A stretch of 64,000 nt of DNA from Psammoneis japonica (GCA_008632985.1 QPGO01000002.1:620001-684000), one strand, 5' to 3'; counted from the first letter of the stretch, positions 12,052 to 24,592 are shown. A program made the numbers and translations. The notes: generated by a model not told the origin, from the letters alone.

Positions 12052-12595
12052 ATGCTGAAGAACCACAATTTTTGAAGCAGTTCACACGTCAGGGGCTCGT
12101 TCCTAATTCATTTATTCGTACTGGGCAGTAGTTATGCAATTTAATCGACCTCTACTCTCTTATAGAGACGGCACTGGTGTGTCAGCATGGGCATTGCCTT
12201 CATTCAGGGATTCCGGTAGATCAATCATACACCGGTAAATAAATAAGGCGACTAGAGACTAACTCTTCCGTCTGTCCATCCATTAGAGTCGTACACCTGC
12301 CTTAGTCGTGAACCCGTCGATGCTACGACGGTGCTCAATGCGCTCTCTAGAGGTTCAGCATCCTATCTTACAAGTAGAAACTTCACCCTCTACTCTCACG
12401 AGTACCTCTACTGTAGCTACTCTAGCTAGAGAGTATATGATAGAGACTATGCTGCGTTGTGCTGAACTACAACGAGATTGTAACACAAATCTGAAGTTAT
12501 GTAGAACGCTTTCCTCTAACAAGCTACGAAAGGTACAGAAACTTGTGCAAGACTAAACTGAGCAAGAATCACAGCCCCGCCACAACATTGTCTCT

Positions 12596-14749
12596 TTAGG
12601 CCGCTGCCTCGGCTTCGTCGACCGCTTGCTTCGCAGCCTCGGCTGCCTCTGCGGCGGCTTTAGCAGCCGTGGCTGCCTCTTCCGCAGCCGTCTCCGCCGC
12701 TTTGGCTTCTTCTTGGGCAGCCTTCGACGCTTCTGACTTTGTGAACACGTCACGCTTCGCCTCTAAAGATGCTTCTCTGGCATTGGCAGCTTCTTGCTTC
12801 AGATCCTTGAAGTCCACGAGCTGTGGTTTACCATGGACATAGACTTTTCCCATGGCTGGTATTCCGCCTTTCATCAAATCAATCGGCTCGTCCGTCTTGG
12901 CCGCTAAAAACGCATTCAACGACCTTTGGAGCTGACCAAAGTAATCCTTCTTTGTCGTTCCTTCGTCGCTGTCATAGAACGCAATACGAATAGGCATGTC
13001 AAAGTCTCCGTTGCACAGGTCTGAGATATCAATTTCGGCCGTAGACCATACTGGATTGAGATCGTTACTGATAATTGGGGAAGTATAGACAGTTTCACTA
13101 AAGGAAAGAGAAATGCCATTCATCAGTTTCGAGGATGAATACAGTCCAAAGACGAAAGAATGACACACACTGATAACTGATAACTCACCCCTTCGCACCA
13201 AACACTTCAAAGTATGGGTCTGAGAAGTTGGCAAAGCCGTCCTTGTCCTCGAAATTCGAACCACGCAGCGCGAGGTGAAACTTTCCGCTGCACGATTTCA
13301 CCTTGGCATCAGCATCCGCCTGCTTTGCTTTTTCTTCGAGTTCAGTCACCAATTTTTCTGCATCCGTCACCGCTTTGGCTGCCTTTTCTGCTTCGGATTT
13401 TTTGGTATTGGCAGCATTCTTGGTATCATCAGCCTTGGTTTGCGCAGCCGCAGCAGCTAGGCTTTTCTTTTCAGCCGTTTGTTTCAATGCGCGAAGACGG
13501 TTTGCCGCGGCCCAGCGTTCCACTTCAACCGTGGCAACAGCCTCCATTGCCTCCTTTGCTTCTTCAGAAACATCATCCTGGGGTACAAGAGAGGCTCCCA
13601 AGACATGAACATCTCCAGTTTTCTTGCCTCCTTCCTCCTGTTTCATTTCAATGGGTTCACGAGCAGAGAGGAATCCATTGATGCTTAGTTTAAAACTTCC
13701 CATGAAATCTCGCTTTCCATCGAGGCTATCCCTGTCATAAACCATAACTTGAATTGGAGCATCCATATCACCACCGGTCAGGGCTTGGATACTGACGCCA
13801 GCAGCCGGCCATACGGGATTCAGGTTGTTGTCGACCACTTTTGAGCGGTACACAGTTCGGCTGAGAGAACGGAGAGAACTGACTGAGCCGACGATTCCAG
13901 ATGATGAGCGGTACCAAATATTGAGAAACTTACCCATCGACTCCCTTCAGCTCATAATACGGATCCGATTTGTTCATGAAGCCCTCCATATTTTTGAACT
14001 TTTTTCCACGAAGCTGATGCTGTAGCATGCCATTTTCGGTATGTTCTTCAATGTGAACAGCGACACTGAGCAGAAGGACAGAATGAGCGATCGGTCGAGA
14101 GGGCGTATCTAAAACAAAAGCACACCAAAAAATCCAAGCCGGCGAAACAACAGCACTCACGCTCCACCATTTTCCATGGACTTCGCCATAGCCTTTGTTT
14201 CTTGAGCCATTACATCTCCTACACCGAAATCTACAGAGCCAAGTGCATCATCACTGTCGCTCTTTAAAACTTGAACTGAGACCGACTGACTCGGCTCAGC
14301 TTCGAAAACGATAACCTATCAATTAGAAAGCCAAGCAAGTACAAAACAAAGCCGTGAGAAAGTGTTGAAACGAGAAAAACAGAACCGTGAGAAGGGCTTC
14401 TCATATCCTTTCAGCGTTCGGGAAGACACATCAAGATATTATGATCCGAAGTTTACGCTTCTTACCTTGGACCAGCAAGGATCGTCGGTATTCTTTTCCC
14501 TGTTTTGAAATGAGAGATACCAATGCGAGAGTCATAGGTGAGATGTACCACCAATATCCACCGCAGTCACTAAGCCGCAACACCCGCACGCCGAAACTCA
14601 TCATGCACCGTGCAAAGAGAAATCAAGTGGCATGTCGATCGAACTCACACGCCTGTTTTGGCAACATCGACGCCATCTAGTTTGACAATAGCGTATGTAT
14701 CAGCTTGAACTGGTAAGTCTCTGCAACTTAGAGAGAGTTGAACCTTCAT
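12596..14749 (-). CDS. Multi-exon protein with three copine-type C2 domains and Ala/Glu/Lys-rich coiled coils
   Basis: MKVQLSLSCRDL..EKNTDDPCW; KSDPYYEL..VYRSKVVDNNLNPVW..VYDRD; FSDPYFEV..SPIISNDLNPVW..FYDSD. Exons are joined by GT-AG introns. No vWA domain is visible. Confidence 0.8.
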
Positions 14750-14929
14750 CTTGGATCACCGCAGCAGAAGCAAACAGCACCAACACCGCAGTACCGTTTT
14801 GCGAATGCAAGGTGCGTGCAAAGCGATACAGTAGGTGCGAAGGTGAAAGCATCACCGCAAAGAAGAACTCGCCTAGGGGGGGGGGCAGATCTTTCCTTCG
14901 TACCGAAAAAATGTCTGGTAGGTCGCGGA

Positions 14930-15900
14930 TTGCCGCACAGAGAACAGACGATGATGCAGTCGAAGTCGCGCGCATCGCGTCCGTCAGCCAGATCTGCGCC
15001 TGTCAGAGTCAGATCAGACGATGCACCCCAGTGTGTGTGGGCTTGAGATGGATGGCGGTGGTCGAGAGTTGACTAACTGTCATGCACAAAGCACAGCACG
15101 CTCCCTCTGTTTTTTTTTCTTTTTTCTTTTGGACAGTTTGGTCTCCTTTTTTTTGACGTGCTCTCTGGCCAGCTGCTCTCTGGTTGTTCCTTCTTTTTCT
15201 CTTCCCCTGAGCTGGCGCTGCTCCTCTCACCAAGAACAAAAGAGCTCACAGAGAGATCCAGGGTGGGTGCCAACAACCCGGGCAAGCAGGGCTTTCCAGC
15301 TGCTTGTGAAATTTTGCACAACAAACAAAAGAAAAGAAGCACTTGTGCACGTGCCTCACATTGTGGGGTCATTTGGAGCAAACTGCATTTTGCCCAATGT
15401 GACATCAGTGAAGCAGAAAAGCAGAAACAGCAGCACATTGTTGTGGGTCATTTCCAATGGCCTGGCCTTTGAGAGCAGGGCAATGCTGCTGGCACGGAGC
15501 AAGACACCACAGAAAATCTTGGGGATTTGCCTCTTCTCTCTGCTGCTGCTCATGTGTGCCGGCGCACTTGCTGGCAGAAAGAGATCAGTGCCCAAACTCG
15601 GGGGAGAGAGGTGAGTTTGTGTGGTTGTCAGTCTGTCGATGATTCAGGAAGGCAGGGCCACCAGGTGGTGTCGCATCGCACCGGCATCTGTCGTCGCATC
15701 GCCTGTGCAAGCAAAAAAACGGTCTGTCCTCTTCCAACCGGTCTGTCCTCTTGCAAGAGCGAACTGTGTAAAACCACTCTAAGAAGGGCTTCCCGTTGTT
15801 GCACATGCAAACCGTGTCTGCTGGCATCGGTCAGAAGGTCAACAGAGATCTTTGCGAAAACAGCGGGCTAAAAGAGTGTTGCATCATGGCACAATTGGAG
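14930..15900. mobile_element. TpA-depleted domain 2 (repeat relic, overlaps the left end of a MITE)
   Basis: Almost no TA. CpG is retained at the edges and lost around 15150-15500. ORFs here are largely Tyr-free. Confidence 0.65.
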
Positions 15901-16444
15901 GCCAAACGCGGCACATCGCCATTTTCTAAGAAAAATCTACCGTTTGAGAATTTACACAGATTTTCTATCATTAATTATCCTCATTGATGGATGTTTTTTA
16001 GATGTCCATTTCCAATTCGTGACAAATGCCTGCATACGAAATGCGAGTAATAAGGCAAAACAACAACGAATGAGAGCTTATGGACCCGCATTATTCGATA
16101 CGAGTGTGTATTATGGACTTGCCATTCTGCCCTTGCGAGAGATAATGGCTAAGCGATTGACGAAGGATGCAAAAAAAAACTGTGTAAATTTCTCGGTATG
16201 TTGCCACGTAGAAATCTACTGACGACCGGTCTGTCCTCTTGGAACGAAAAAAGGCCCTTCTTGCGATAGTAACAATGGTGTTCAGAACCGTGAACCTGGC
16301 AAATACAGGCATAGGAGCACGTCAATTGACAATGTTAGAAGACGTAAGAAGCATTGCACAGTGAAAAGCGAATCGATTTTGGAAACAAAATCGACTTTTA
16401 CACAGATGCCAAAAGGCAGAGGACAGACCGGTTTTTTACTTGTA
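15706..16444. mobile_element. Non-autonomous TIR element (MITE-like, about 740 bp, probable TA target site)
   Basis: Left end tgcaagcaaaaaaacggtctgtcctct; reverse complement of right end tacaagtaaaaaaccggtctgtcctct. Extra ccggtctgtcctctt copies lie near 15739 and 16226. Confidence 0.7.
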
Positions 16445-16883
16445 CTGTGGTCGACGCAGAGACTTAAGGTTGTATTATGTCTATTGCCTGTACTGTACAT
16501 TTTAAATGGAGAGATAGACGTCCACGAGTCAGACCCGACTAAAGGTGGTCGTGAAAATGTCTGTTGCATGGTACAGACAACCCGTATCCTGCACTGGTGG
16601 TGGCAGATCTATTGCCCAATGTCTAATCGTATTTTGTTATGTGTTCTTTAGAAACGCTGCTCTCTTAACGCCACGTCGGCGCTCAATCGGCAGGACTTAC
16701 TTTCAGTACTGCTCTGTTTGTCGAAGAGTGGACAAATACTTAAAGTCCACCCCTCTCGGAGCTAACGTCTGGACATTTGTCGATACCGGATTCATTCGTG
16801 ATGCTATCCCGCCCAACGGACGGTCGCGACCCCGACCTCTCATTATTTATTGCCGCCAACACCGACAAACCGTTTCGTACTGA

Positions 16884-18146
16884 ATGCGTATGCCACCATC
16901 CATGAGCATGAAGAAAGAGAAAGAACAGGACCCTACAAAGTCCGTCAGTGACTCGTGGCTATCGAGTCCTGAAGCCCAAAAGCCTTCCACAAAAGCAACT
17001 GCTACGGCCACGGGCGGGGAAGTCATCGATTCGTCCGCTTCAGAAGCTGCCGTCGGCACAATAAATAACCCGGACAATGTTACGACGGCGTGCAAAGATG
17101 TCAATGAACAATTTGAGATTAATGAACAAGTTCGTCCGAAGAAGGAAGGTATCAGTGAATCTCGAAGAGCTTCCAACCGAAGGAGTGCCAAGAGGAGTCG
17201 CGAAAGGCAGAAACAGGAAATGGAAATGCTCCGAAAGAAAGTTGCAAATCTTTCCAAGTCGAACGAGATACTGCAGGAGCAAACCAGGTTTCTTACGCAA
17301 CGCAATCAAGAGGCTATGCTCACAATTCAGCACTTGCAGAATGAATTGAGGTTCGCAAGAGGCAATCATGCAGCTGGAGGGGCAACGCCAGCAATGGCTT
17401 CGATTCATCAGCAGAGCCATCCACATGCACCGAATATTCCACAGATGCCGGGTGGTATGAGGCAAGGTACCGACGAAGGATATCATCGCTTTCCCGGAGT
17501 AGACCTGCGAGGTAGCAATGCCACCACGCATGAGCAATGGAGGGCAGAAAATATGATTGATCCAGGCGTGTTGCCGCACCAAAACCTCCATCCCGTCCAG
17601 GGGCACATCAACCCTCATTTAAGTGAAGCTAGCCTTGGACAACAAATGCAGGATCCATCGGGTGTGCAAGTAAACCCTTCTTCTCAGATGATGACTAGCT
17701 TTCATCAGAATACTCGTCAACGAATGCCAGACTCTGCGTCGGGGATGAATCAGCAAGCAGTAGCGGTCAATCCGGATAGATCTATGAGTCATCACGTGCC
17801 AAGTTTCGGAAGTTATGGTCATTCCATGGGAAGCTTAGATCAAGTGCAACAACAGGGTGCCACGGGTGTTATCGAATCCTCGACCGCTATGCTACCACGT
17901 CCGAGAATGAATCCAAGAGAGCAAGAGCAAGCTAGCTATTTGCAGCAGCAAGGAGGATGGGATCGTGCTCCAGTTCTCGATTCAAACGCGACAACACCAA
18001 TACGACTTCGAGATGACGCATCAGCCACACCAGTTACGCATCTCTACGAAAAGTTCAACGAGAGCGACGGCAGCATTAACTGGGAAGGGATTTTTGGGGA
18101 GACCAAAAGATCGGATGGGGGAAACGATCGTTCTAGAGAAGCATAA
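16884..18146 (+). CDS. bZIP transcription factor
   Basis: Basic region RRASNRRSAKRSRERQK, then a Leu heptad zipper and a Gln/Met-rich tail. Confidence 0.88.
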   Translation: MRMPPSMSMKKEKEQDPTKSVSDSWLSSPEAQKPSTKATATATGGEVIDSSASEAAVGTINNPDNVTTACKDVNEQFEINEQVRPKKEGISESRRASNRRSAKRSRERQKQEMEMLRKKVANLSKSNEILQEQTRFLTQRNQEAMLTIQHLQNELRFARGNHAAGGATPAMASIHQQSHPHAPNIPQMPGGMRQGTDEGYHRFPGVDLRGSNATTHEQWRAENMIDPGVLPHQNLHPVQGHINPHLSEASLGQQMQDPSGVQVNPSSQMMTSFHQNTRQRMPDSASGMNQQAVAVNPDRSMSHHVPSFGSYGHSMGSLDQVQQQGATGVIESSTAMLPRPRMNPREQEQASYLQQQGGWDRAPVLDSNATTPIRLRDDASATPVTHLYEKFNESDGSINWEGIFGETKRSDGGNDRSREA

Positions 18147-18178
18147 ATAAACTCTATACCGCATAATGCGTTTGCTTT

Positions 18179-20573
18179 TTAGTTCAAGAGAGAGTAGATT
18201 TCCTTGGCAACTGCCTTTGCCTTGTCGCCATGAGGCGAAGCGGCTAGTTCAACCTTGGAAACGAGGAATTTCTCTTTTGCTTCTTGCTTGGCATCTTGGT
18301 TGTTGATTAGTGCCGTTCCCAAGGCCACCAAGGCCCGTACCATTGCCTCACTCTCATACGTACCTTGTTCAAAAATGTACGCAATCGCAGATACTAGTCG
18401 TTTGCCACATGATGAAGTACTGGATGGCGTTGCGTTCAACCAGGAAGCGGAATTCAGTAATACCGTCGCTACCGATAAGCGAATGTTTTTATTCTTGGTA
18501 GCAATGAGGGAGTCCACCATGTCAAGGACTCTATCCATTTGTTCCGTAACTGCTTGCTGGGACCCCGGTCCACCACGGAACGAGTTGGCAAACAAGCGGA
18601 GAGTCAGCATGGGAATCGCAACAGCGGCTGTACCTTCCACATTCGCAGCCTTCTCGACTTGCCCAAGTGCCAGTTGAAAAACTTTGAAAGCAAATAGAAA
18701 AAAAAGTATAAGTGAAACGTGCGCATAAAATAAGGAATCAACAAAACGACTGCGACCTAGTGATAGAATTACCTTGTGTCCAGTACGCCGCATTGCTGGC
18801 TGCCATGGGATGCAACACGGTCAGTCGAGCCAAATCCAACGCTGGAAATGCCTGTTCGGGAGACCAATTCTGCAACATGGTAATGATGACTTGTAGTTGT
18901 TCATTTTCAACTCGTGACGAATGATAGCGATTGGTTTCCAACAAGATACTAACCAATGATTCCAAGGCTGACTCATCAATTTTTGTCTCGGCCGAGGCAT
19001 TAAATTCCTTCATTTTGGCCACCATTTTATCCATGGTTGTATTGGCGTTCTTGGCCGACAACTCAAATGTCTTGTATCCCTTCATTGGTAAATGCTCCAA
19101 CATGGGTGTCATTGTGGCGGGTGCAGCTTGCGTCTGCTCACCAAGAGACGGAACAGAATTTCCAACTCGCTGACGAATGTAATCGGCAATCTCTGCCAAG
19201 TGGTGCTGAGGCAAAACGTGGTCATCAATAAAGCGTTGTGCCGCGACAAAGGGGTTCTCGCCATTATTGTATCCAATTTGCAACTTGGCTACTTGTCCCG
19301 ATTCCGTATCTACTTCAATCGGCAAGACATGATCATACTGAACACCGTCAATGGTCTGTGAGGACGAATCGGCAGAGCCCATGACTTGACCAACTTCAAT
19401 CCACGTCTTCGAGGCATCCGACCATTGCGCAGCAATCGCAATACCACCCTTGTTGAACACTTGAACCTGTCCTTCCGACGATCCTGGCTTTTGGGCATTC
19501 ATTTCCCACAGTGGCAGCTTGGAAATCTCTTCGGACGTTGGTCCCTGCGACTGCTTTGCTAGTGCTTGCTGAACCTGATCGGCAAATTGATTACGAATTT
19601 CCAACGCTGCCATGCGATCCGGTACAGTCGTGAAAATGCGTAAAATACCATCTTCACCACACGTGGCAAGGTCGCCATTCGGTAAAGCCACAACCTTCCA
19701 AACACACGAAGCATGTCGCAACAAAGTTTGCTGCTGTCCAGCATTCCAAATGGCAACATGTCCATCTTCAGCCGACGCTGCAATACTTTCATCCACTACA
19801 GCTACAGACAAGAGCATGGGTGGGTGTTGCTGGTGATCACTCATGAGCATGAGCGTCGACAGGCTTTCACCCGTTTCGTGGCTGCGCAATCGCACCGTAC
19901 CATCGTTGGAGCACGAAGCCAGCATTGTGGCGGAAGCCACGACATCGCGAATGGGTCCATCGTGATCTTGAGTCACCTTTTGCAACAATCGAGTCTCACC
20001 CGTGCTTAAGTTGACTTGATGCAACCGTATAGAGTGTCCTGAAATTGAATTCCCCTGAGCAATACCAGCAGAGCCGGTGCAAATTGTTACCGTGTTGCTA
20101 GTAGCACCGAAACAACAGACAGAGACTGTGTTTTCATGTCCACCCAACGTACACACCAAGGAGAAATTGTTTAGGTTCCAGACCTTGGCTGTTCCGTCCC
20201 ACGAACCGCTCACGAGGAAATTTCCTTTGATAAAACTCAGAGACGTCACGGCCTTTTCGTGTCCCTCCAACGAATGTACCAGCGTATGCGTGGAGGCATC
20301 AAAAATTCGAATCACAGAATCTTTACAGCCACTGACGTAAAATTCTTTATCATCGTCTGCGGTATAGCTGACGAGTGCCGTCACGGCATGATTGTGTTGA
20401 TAGGGAACGATTTCGAGGGATCCAGATGGTACTCCATACAAAACCATGGATCCTGCTTGTGTGCCTGTAAGAATTTGATACTCATCCTTATCAGTTCCCT
20501 TTAGTATACAAGCCGCTCGAATCCCCTGACCATCGGACTCGAGAGTCTGCGATAACTCCCATTCGACATTCAT
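18179..20573 (-). CDS. PLAA: Phospholipase A2-activating protein / Doa1/Ufd3 (WD40-PFU-PUL; intron 18772-18682)
   Basis: WD40 repeats (LVSGSWDGTAKVW), PFU (YDHVLPIEV, GYNNGENPFVAAQRFI), PUL (FPALDLARL, RALVALGT). Confidence 0.92.
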
Positions 20574-20862
20574 CGTTGGCTCTTATTGCCGTGTTATGTT
20601 GTGGCTTGGATCGAGCGATTAAAATAGCCAGCAGTGGCGACGAATCGAAAAGATCGAAAATGGAAAAAGAAAAGAGAAAAGTGATTAGTGGATGCAGTTA
20701 TTGTTTGGAACTCGTACCTCGTAAACTCATTTTTCAGTCGTGTGAGTCAGTGATCCAGTCCCGAGTTTGACGCCGCATCCCGCATCGCAGAATGGAAAAT
20801 GGCGACGTGAAGTCGAACGCTTGCGTCGTCAACACAAGCACTCTCTACTAATCTGTTACACC

Positions 20863-21528
20863 ATGGACCATGTCCCCGACCCTAAAGTAGCAGATCCTGT
20901 TCCGGAGGATACTGTAAAGACTGCGTCAAGTCAAGATCAAGCACCGCAGAATCAGAAGGTTTCGAGCAGCAGCAGCAGCGGTATTTTTCAATTGGCTTCA
21001 GAACAATGGCACGTTGCGTTGCTGCTGTTGGTCGTGTCAGTTTACTACCTCTTCAAAAACAAGAGTAAGAATGGTAGGTTTCCTTTATCGTTCTATCACA
21101 AGTCGCATATGATGAATAGACTTATATAACGGTTATGTTTGTACTGATCATACCTTACACAGTCTCGAGTCTCTCTGAAGATTCAACAGCTCGCAGCATG
21201 AATCGCAACGAGGACCTTTTACGTGCACGCGAACGACAGCAGTTGGCTCTAGAAGCCGCTGCAAAAGAAAAGAAAAAGAAGGAATTGGATAGGAAGGTTG
21301 AAAAAGAAACCAAACAAAAGATTGAACAACCGAAAAAGAAGAAAAAGCCCGCAACATCCATGCGACGAGACGGTTACAATCCATTGCAACCATTGCCAGA
21401 AACTAGATACAGGTGAGCTCACGTGTGTCTCTGCTTTGAACATGCACGATATCTTTATCTTATGTATTTTGTATTCTTGTTGTAGACCGCAACGACGCTC
21501 CGCACGGCGAGGCGGGTGAGGACGGTAG
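20863..21528 (+). CDS. SELENOS: Selenoprotein S (VIMP)-like protein (exons 20863-21073, 21163-21412, 21486-21528; Sec UGA 21517-21519)
   Basis: One TM helix, a charged coiled coil (RARERQQ..), GYNPL, and the C-terminus RPQRRSARRGG-U-GR-stop, similar to the metazoan SelS end GYNPL..GGUG. A SECIS lies downstream. Confidence 0.82.
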
Positions 21529-21595
21529 CACAAACCAATGCTATTATTTGGTTTTGTGCGAAGCAAAGAATGGCGAATTACATGAAGGATGACGA

Positions 21596-21653
21596 TGCTG
21601 TGCGTAATGACGTGATTTTGTTTTCTAATGCATACAAGGTCGCTGAAACAGCA
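21596..21653 (+). promoter_or_regulatory. SECIS element of the SelS-like gene
   Basis: tgctgt..ATGAc-GTGATTTTGT-tttctAAtgcat-ACAAGGTCGC-TGAa-acagca. Helix I is tgctgt/acagca, followed by the ATGA/TGA core, a 10-bp helix II with G:U pairs and an apical AA. Confidence 0.8.
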
Positions 21654-22029
21654 CATTGCAAAACAAGAACTAAACTCTAGTAGGAGTAGAACTCTAGCAA
21701 GCGAGAAGAGTTCAATTACTGCAGAACAAAGATGGAGTAGCCTTTCAGCTACCCGTATCTACTACATAGCCAAAAATGATGCGGTAGAGCCTCCAATCTG
21801 AAATCATCTTCAATCGATCAGGAACGCAGTCGTTGGTCATCGACGGACGGACATGTCAAAACGTGAACGAACGAACGCGGTCGCGCGAGTCCAGTCGTGA
21901 GTCACTCACGACAAGTAAGTCACGCGCCATCAACCGTGGACGACACGGGACTTGTGATCCGAACACGCTTGTCAACTCTTATTATTTGACAAAAGATAAT
22001 AAAACAGAACAAACACGACATACATCAGC

Positions 22030-23934
22030 ATGATTATCAGTGCTTTCCTTCTCTTGCTTGCGTGCAGCCTCCCTCGTTTGACCATGGGAAGCGAGACTGA
22101 GTTTCTCCAGCTCGTGAGCTCCGTGGAAGGAGACGTGCTCGAAATGGCACGCGAGGTGGAACGCCTTTACAAGGAACGATGCGCTGATGCGACGTTAAAG
22201 GACTGCTACCAAAACAACTACGAAGAATGTATCAGCGCGTTTCCCGATTCCATTTGCCCGGCGGGTGAGCAACACGCCGACACTGTTTGCGGCGACGGAT
22301 CCGAATGCTCACGTCTCTGGGATTACACTGTCAGCCGTGTCTCCTTGCCGGAAGATATTGCGAATGGGCCCCACGGCAATCCCACGGACAAAGAGGTTAT
22401 CGAAACTATTTGTTTTTCTCAAAAACTTGACGCATGGTTTGTTGACAAAACCGCACAAGTTTCGAACTACTGGGCAAGCTTTGGACTCGAAACACCGCCC
22501 ATGTACTTTGGAGCGCACAATGGGGCATTTCGCATTTATCCCGCACACCGTACGTCACAGTGTGGTGCCTATGATCCTCGGTTGCGCCCGTGGTACATCG
22601 CCGCTAGTTCTGGACCAAAGAACGTGTTGCTAATCCTCGACGTGTCGGGATCCATGAATCAAAGGGGCAAACTTGATAGGTTGAAAACCGCGGCTAAGCG
22701 TGTCATTTCTACTCTCACGGTTGCTGATCGTGTTGCCGTGGTTCCATTCGAGTCACAGCCCACCCAAGTGATTGCACGGGATGACATGTATATGTTCACG
22801 GCCACAGATGAAAACAAGCGTGTGATTTTGGATCGTATTGACAAGCTTATGGCTGGCGGCCAAACCAATTTCTTTGATGCTTTCAGAAAGGGATTCGATA
22901 TCTTCCAATCCACACTTGATCAAGAGTTCAACGTTGACTGTAATTCTGCAGTTTTATTCTTGACTGACGGTAAGATGTCGGATATATCCCGAACAGAACA
23001 GCAAGTCATGGATTACATAAAGGATCGTGCGTCTGGAGTGACTGCGGTGCTTGGACGTCCTCTTCTCATGTTTACTTACAGTGTCTCGGAGGACGCTTTG
23101 GTAGACACGTTTCCCAGAGATCTTGCTTGTGCCGTCGAAAACGGTGTGTGGTCCAAGATTGAAACCGAAGACGAGATTGTTGACAGCCTCTCTAGTTATT
23201 ACCAGTTGCTTGCTTCTGGATTGGGAGCCGATCGTAACGAAGACTTCGTGGCTTGGGTCGAGCCCTACATTTACAGCACGGGTGGTATCCTGGGAACAAC
23301 TGTTGCTGCCCCGGTCTACGATCGTGACAAGGAGCCTCACTTGTTTCTTGGGGTTGTTGGATTTGATTTCCGGCTTAGCGCTGTCAGCATTGCACTTGGA
23401 GGTGACGATAGCGAGAGCCTCGACAGGATTGTTCGTCAGTCCACAGCCAAGTGCCCGGCTCTTGAATTGACAACATGCCAGTTAGAATCCTTTCGTCATC
23501 GCGGAAGTGCAGGAGACGAAGCCCTCTGCACTAGCAATTGCACCCAAGCGGATTTTTATAACATGGAACCAATCAAGTGCAAAGGCCACCATGATTACCC
23601 AGCTGATTTATGGGAAAATACGGATGAAGAAGGACTTTCTTATGAGCACCGTTCTTGCTGCGTTGTGGGAGAAACAACAGCATCGAATGAGTGTCCAGCA
23701 TCCTCTGGCAGTTCTTCTAGTGTTGGTGTGATTATTGGCGTTGTTGCTGGTGCTGCCGTTTGCGTGATTTTGGTGGCAAGCTTCATCATCTGGTACAAGA
23801 GACACTCTGCACGAGGCGCTTCTGCAACGAGTGGCTCCGCACCGATTGAAATCATCACTCCTATCCCACCACCACCCGCTAAGAATCCCGACTTCAAGCC
23901 ATCTGCTCCGATGGAGCAACCGCGTCACAATTAG
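22030..23934 (+). CDS. Secreted/membrane VWA + Cache domain protein (alpha2delta/CACHD1-like)
   Basis: Signal peptide, YDPRLRPWY Cache motif, MIDAS DVSGS, LFLTDG, W.EPY..GVVGFD, C-terminal TM helix and Pro-rich tail. Confidence 0.88.
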   Translation: MIISAFLLLLACSLPRLTMGSETEFLQLVSSVEGDVLEMAREVERLYKERCADATLKDCYQNNYEECISAFPDSICPAGEQHADTVCGDGSECSRLWDYTVSRVSLPEDIANGPHGNPTDKEVIETICFSQKLDAWFVDKTAQVSNYWASFGLETPPMYFGAHNGAFRIYPAHRTSQCGAYDPRLRPWYIAASSGPKNVLLILDVSGSMNQRGKLDRLKTAAKRVISTLTVADRVAVVPFESQPTQVIARDDMYMFTATDENKRVILDRIDKLMAGGQTNFFDAFRKGFDIFQSTLDQEFNVDCNSAVLFLTDGKMSDISRTEQQVMDYIKDRASGVTAVLGRPLLMFTYSVSEDALVDTFPRDLACAVENGVWSKIETEDEIVDSLSSYYQLLASGLGADRNEDFVAWVEPYIYSTGGILGTTVAAPVYDRDKEPHLFLGVVGFDFRLSAVSIALGGDDSESLDRIVRQSTAKCPALELTTCQLESFRHRGSAGDEALCTSNCTQADFYNMEPIKCKGHHDYPADLWENTDEEGLSYEHRSCCVVGETTASNECPASSGSSSSVGVIIGVVAGAAVCVILVASFIIWYKRHSARGASATSGSAPIEIITPIPPPPAKNPDFKPSAPMEQPRHN

Positions 23935-24034
23935 GCCTTTTTTTGTAATTATGTGGACTACGCGTCGGAATGGCTTTTGAGTTCGATCCTACGCCCGAAG
24001 TAAATTTAGCATCATTATACACCGCAAAGCACTC

Positions 24035-24415
24035 TCTAGCTAGAGGCAAGGTGCGGCGTCTGCAGCCTCTAGAGTGTTCTTGTCTCGTCGCTTGTTTCTA
24101 TCTCGAGCTTAATTGGAATTGGGTAGGCCAACACTTGTTAGCTCTCTCTAGTCTAGTAGAGAGAGAGCTACTCTCTACTCTACCGGTAGCTCTATTCCAC
24201 TCTCTAGAGAGTAGCTACTCTCTACTCTAGAGTAGCTGCTAGCTAGCTGCTATTACTCTAGCTAGTAGAGAGGGCTACATGGCTCGATCGCTCTACTCTC
24301 TACTACTCTAGCTCTATTAGTAATAGCTACTCTACTACTCTACTAGCTAGCTACCGGTAGCCCTACTACTCTACTCTAGTAGTAGCTAGCTCTAGTAGAG
24401 AGTACCGGTAGAGAG
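24035..24415. repeat. Low-complexity CTA/TAG tract (ctactct, agagtag, tagcta, taccggta words)
   Basis: Seen directly. Related tracts occur at about 12340-12450, 30580-30610 and 53030-53190. Confidence 0.8.
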
Positions 24416-24592
24416 GCACGGCGGGGGATAGCAGACGTCAACTATAACCCGGATATATATATTACGTCGTCAATCACGCGAGGTGAACTTGCGGGCGGCG
24501 AGGCGCGTGAAGACTGCATGCATCCCGGCTTCGGGTCGCGAGTTTGATGGCGTTTTTCTCGCAGGCATCGGATCTTTTGCCTCCCTTCGAGA

